NCBI GenBank assembly: GCA_039028615.1
Contig: JBCCHT010000071.1
Span: 1-36,517 of the forward strand
Source: Myxococcota bacterium
GTDB lineage: Bacteria > Myxococcota_A > Polyangia > Nannocystales > Nannocystaceae
Direction of reading: 5' to 3'
DNA length: 36,517 nt
This document shows positions 35,952 through 36,517 of the stretch, piece by piece. Below the pieces are notes generated by a model that saw only the letters and a list, made by a program, of their open reading frames with translations, was not told where the DNA came from and searched no databases. The first letter of the stretch is position 1. The number at the start of each line of letters is the position of its first letter. A program made the translations under genes and the position numbers.

Positions 35952-36517
35952 TCAGGACTTGCCCTTGGGAATCTGGGCTCGCACGTCCTCGGCCCAGGTC
36001 TGGATGCCCATCATCGTGGACTGCGTCAGCGCGGGGTCGTCGCTCAGCTCCTTGATCTTGGCGTTGAGCCGTTCCTTGCCGCGACTTTGGTTGGTGTACA
36101 CCGTCGACAGAGGCACCGAGAGCAGCTCGGAGATCTGCGGGCCGGTCATCTCCTCGAAGAACTGCAGCTCGAGCACGATCTGGAACTTGAGCGGGATTCG
36201 CCGGAGCGCCCGCACCAGCAATCGCGTCTCGGCCTGACGCACGAGCATGCCGCTGGGTGAGCCCCCGTCGCCCTCGCCGACGCAGACCTCGTCGAAGTCT
36301 TCGATCTCGCGCTGGCGCTTGTACTTGCGACGCAGGTACTTACGCAGCACGTTCATCGCCACGCCGAACATGAAGGGGCGAAACTGCTTGCGGTTTTCCA
36401 CCCGCGGGATCGCCCCGACGCACGCCAGCATGGTCTCGGACACGAGCTCGCTGCCGTCCTCGCTGTCGCGGACCTTGTTGCGGAAGAACCGCAGCAACAA
36501 GCCCGAGTAGCGCTCCA
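35952..36517 (-). CDS. ECF-type RNA polymerase sigma-70 factor (5' end beyond the window)
   Basis: RFFRNKV...ELVSETMLAC...FRPFMFGVAMN; region 4 ALRRIPLKFQIVLELQFFEEMTGPQISELL..PLSTV; clear paralog of the sigma at 7069-7662. Confidence 0.9.
   Translation of the reverse strand, partial: ERYSGLLLRFFRNKVRDSEDGSELVSETMLACVGAIPRVENRKQFRPFMFGVAMNVLRKYLRRKYKRQREIEDFDEVCVGEGDGGSPSGMLVRQAETRLLVRALRRIPLKFQIVLELQFFEEMTGPQISELLSVPLSTVYTNQSRGKERLNAKIKELSDDPALTQSTMMGIQTWAEDVRAQIPKGKS

Overview
GC-rich bacterial chromosomal segment. Gene content points to Myxococcota, most likely a Nannocystaceae-type myxobacterium (inference): three Hanks-type Ser/Thr kinases, two ECF sigma factors, many lipoproteins with Ser/Thr/Gly linkers and Cys-rich CGNG repeats, and a sigma54 two-component system. 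About 23 genes are supported. In order: kinase-TPR; secreted gluzincin-type metalloprotease; alpha/beta-hydrolase lipoprotein; a lower-GC pair of helical unknowns; a divergent ECF sigma/kinase-TPR pair; a four-gene envelope operon (two beta-propeller lipoproteins, a beta-barrel, an FG-GAP lipoprotein); a second kinase-TPR; a two-gene operon of a large membrane P-loop ATPase plus an MscS channel; a tandem DJ-1/PfpI protein; Cys-rich and WD40 lipoproteins; a Spy/CpxP-like + lipoprotein + histidine kinase + sigma54 regulator operon; a LysR regulator; a Wzx-like flippase; and a truncated ECF sigma. No rRNA, tRNA, CRISPR array or transposase was seen. The best candidates for undescribed systems are the ATPase-MscS operon (19307-23758), the coupled helical lipoprotein pair (5409-6854) and the propeller/barrel envelope operon (10400-16048). 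All calls come from reading motifs by eye; no searches were run.
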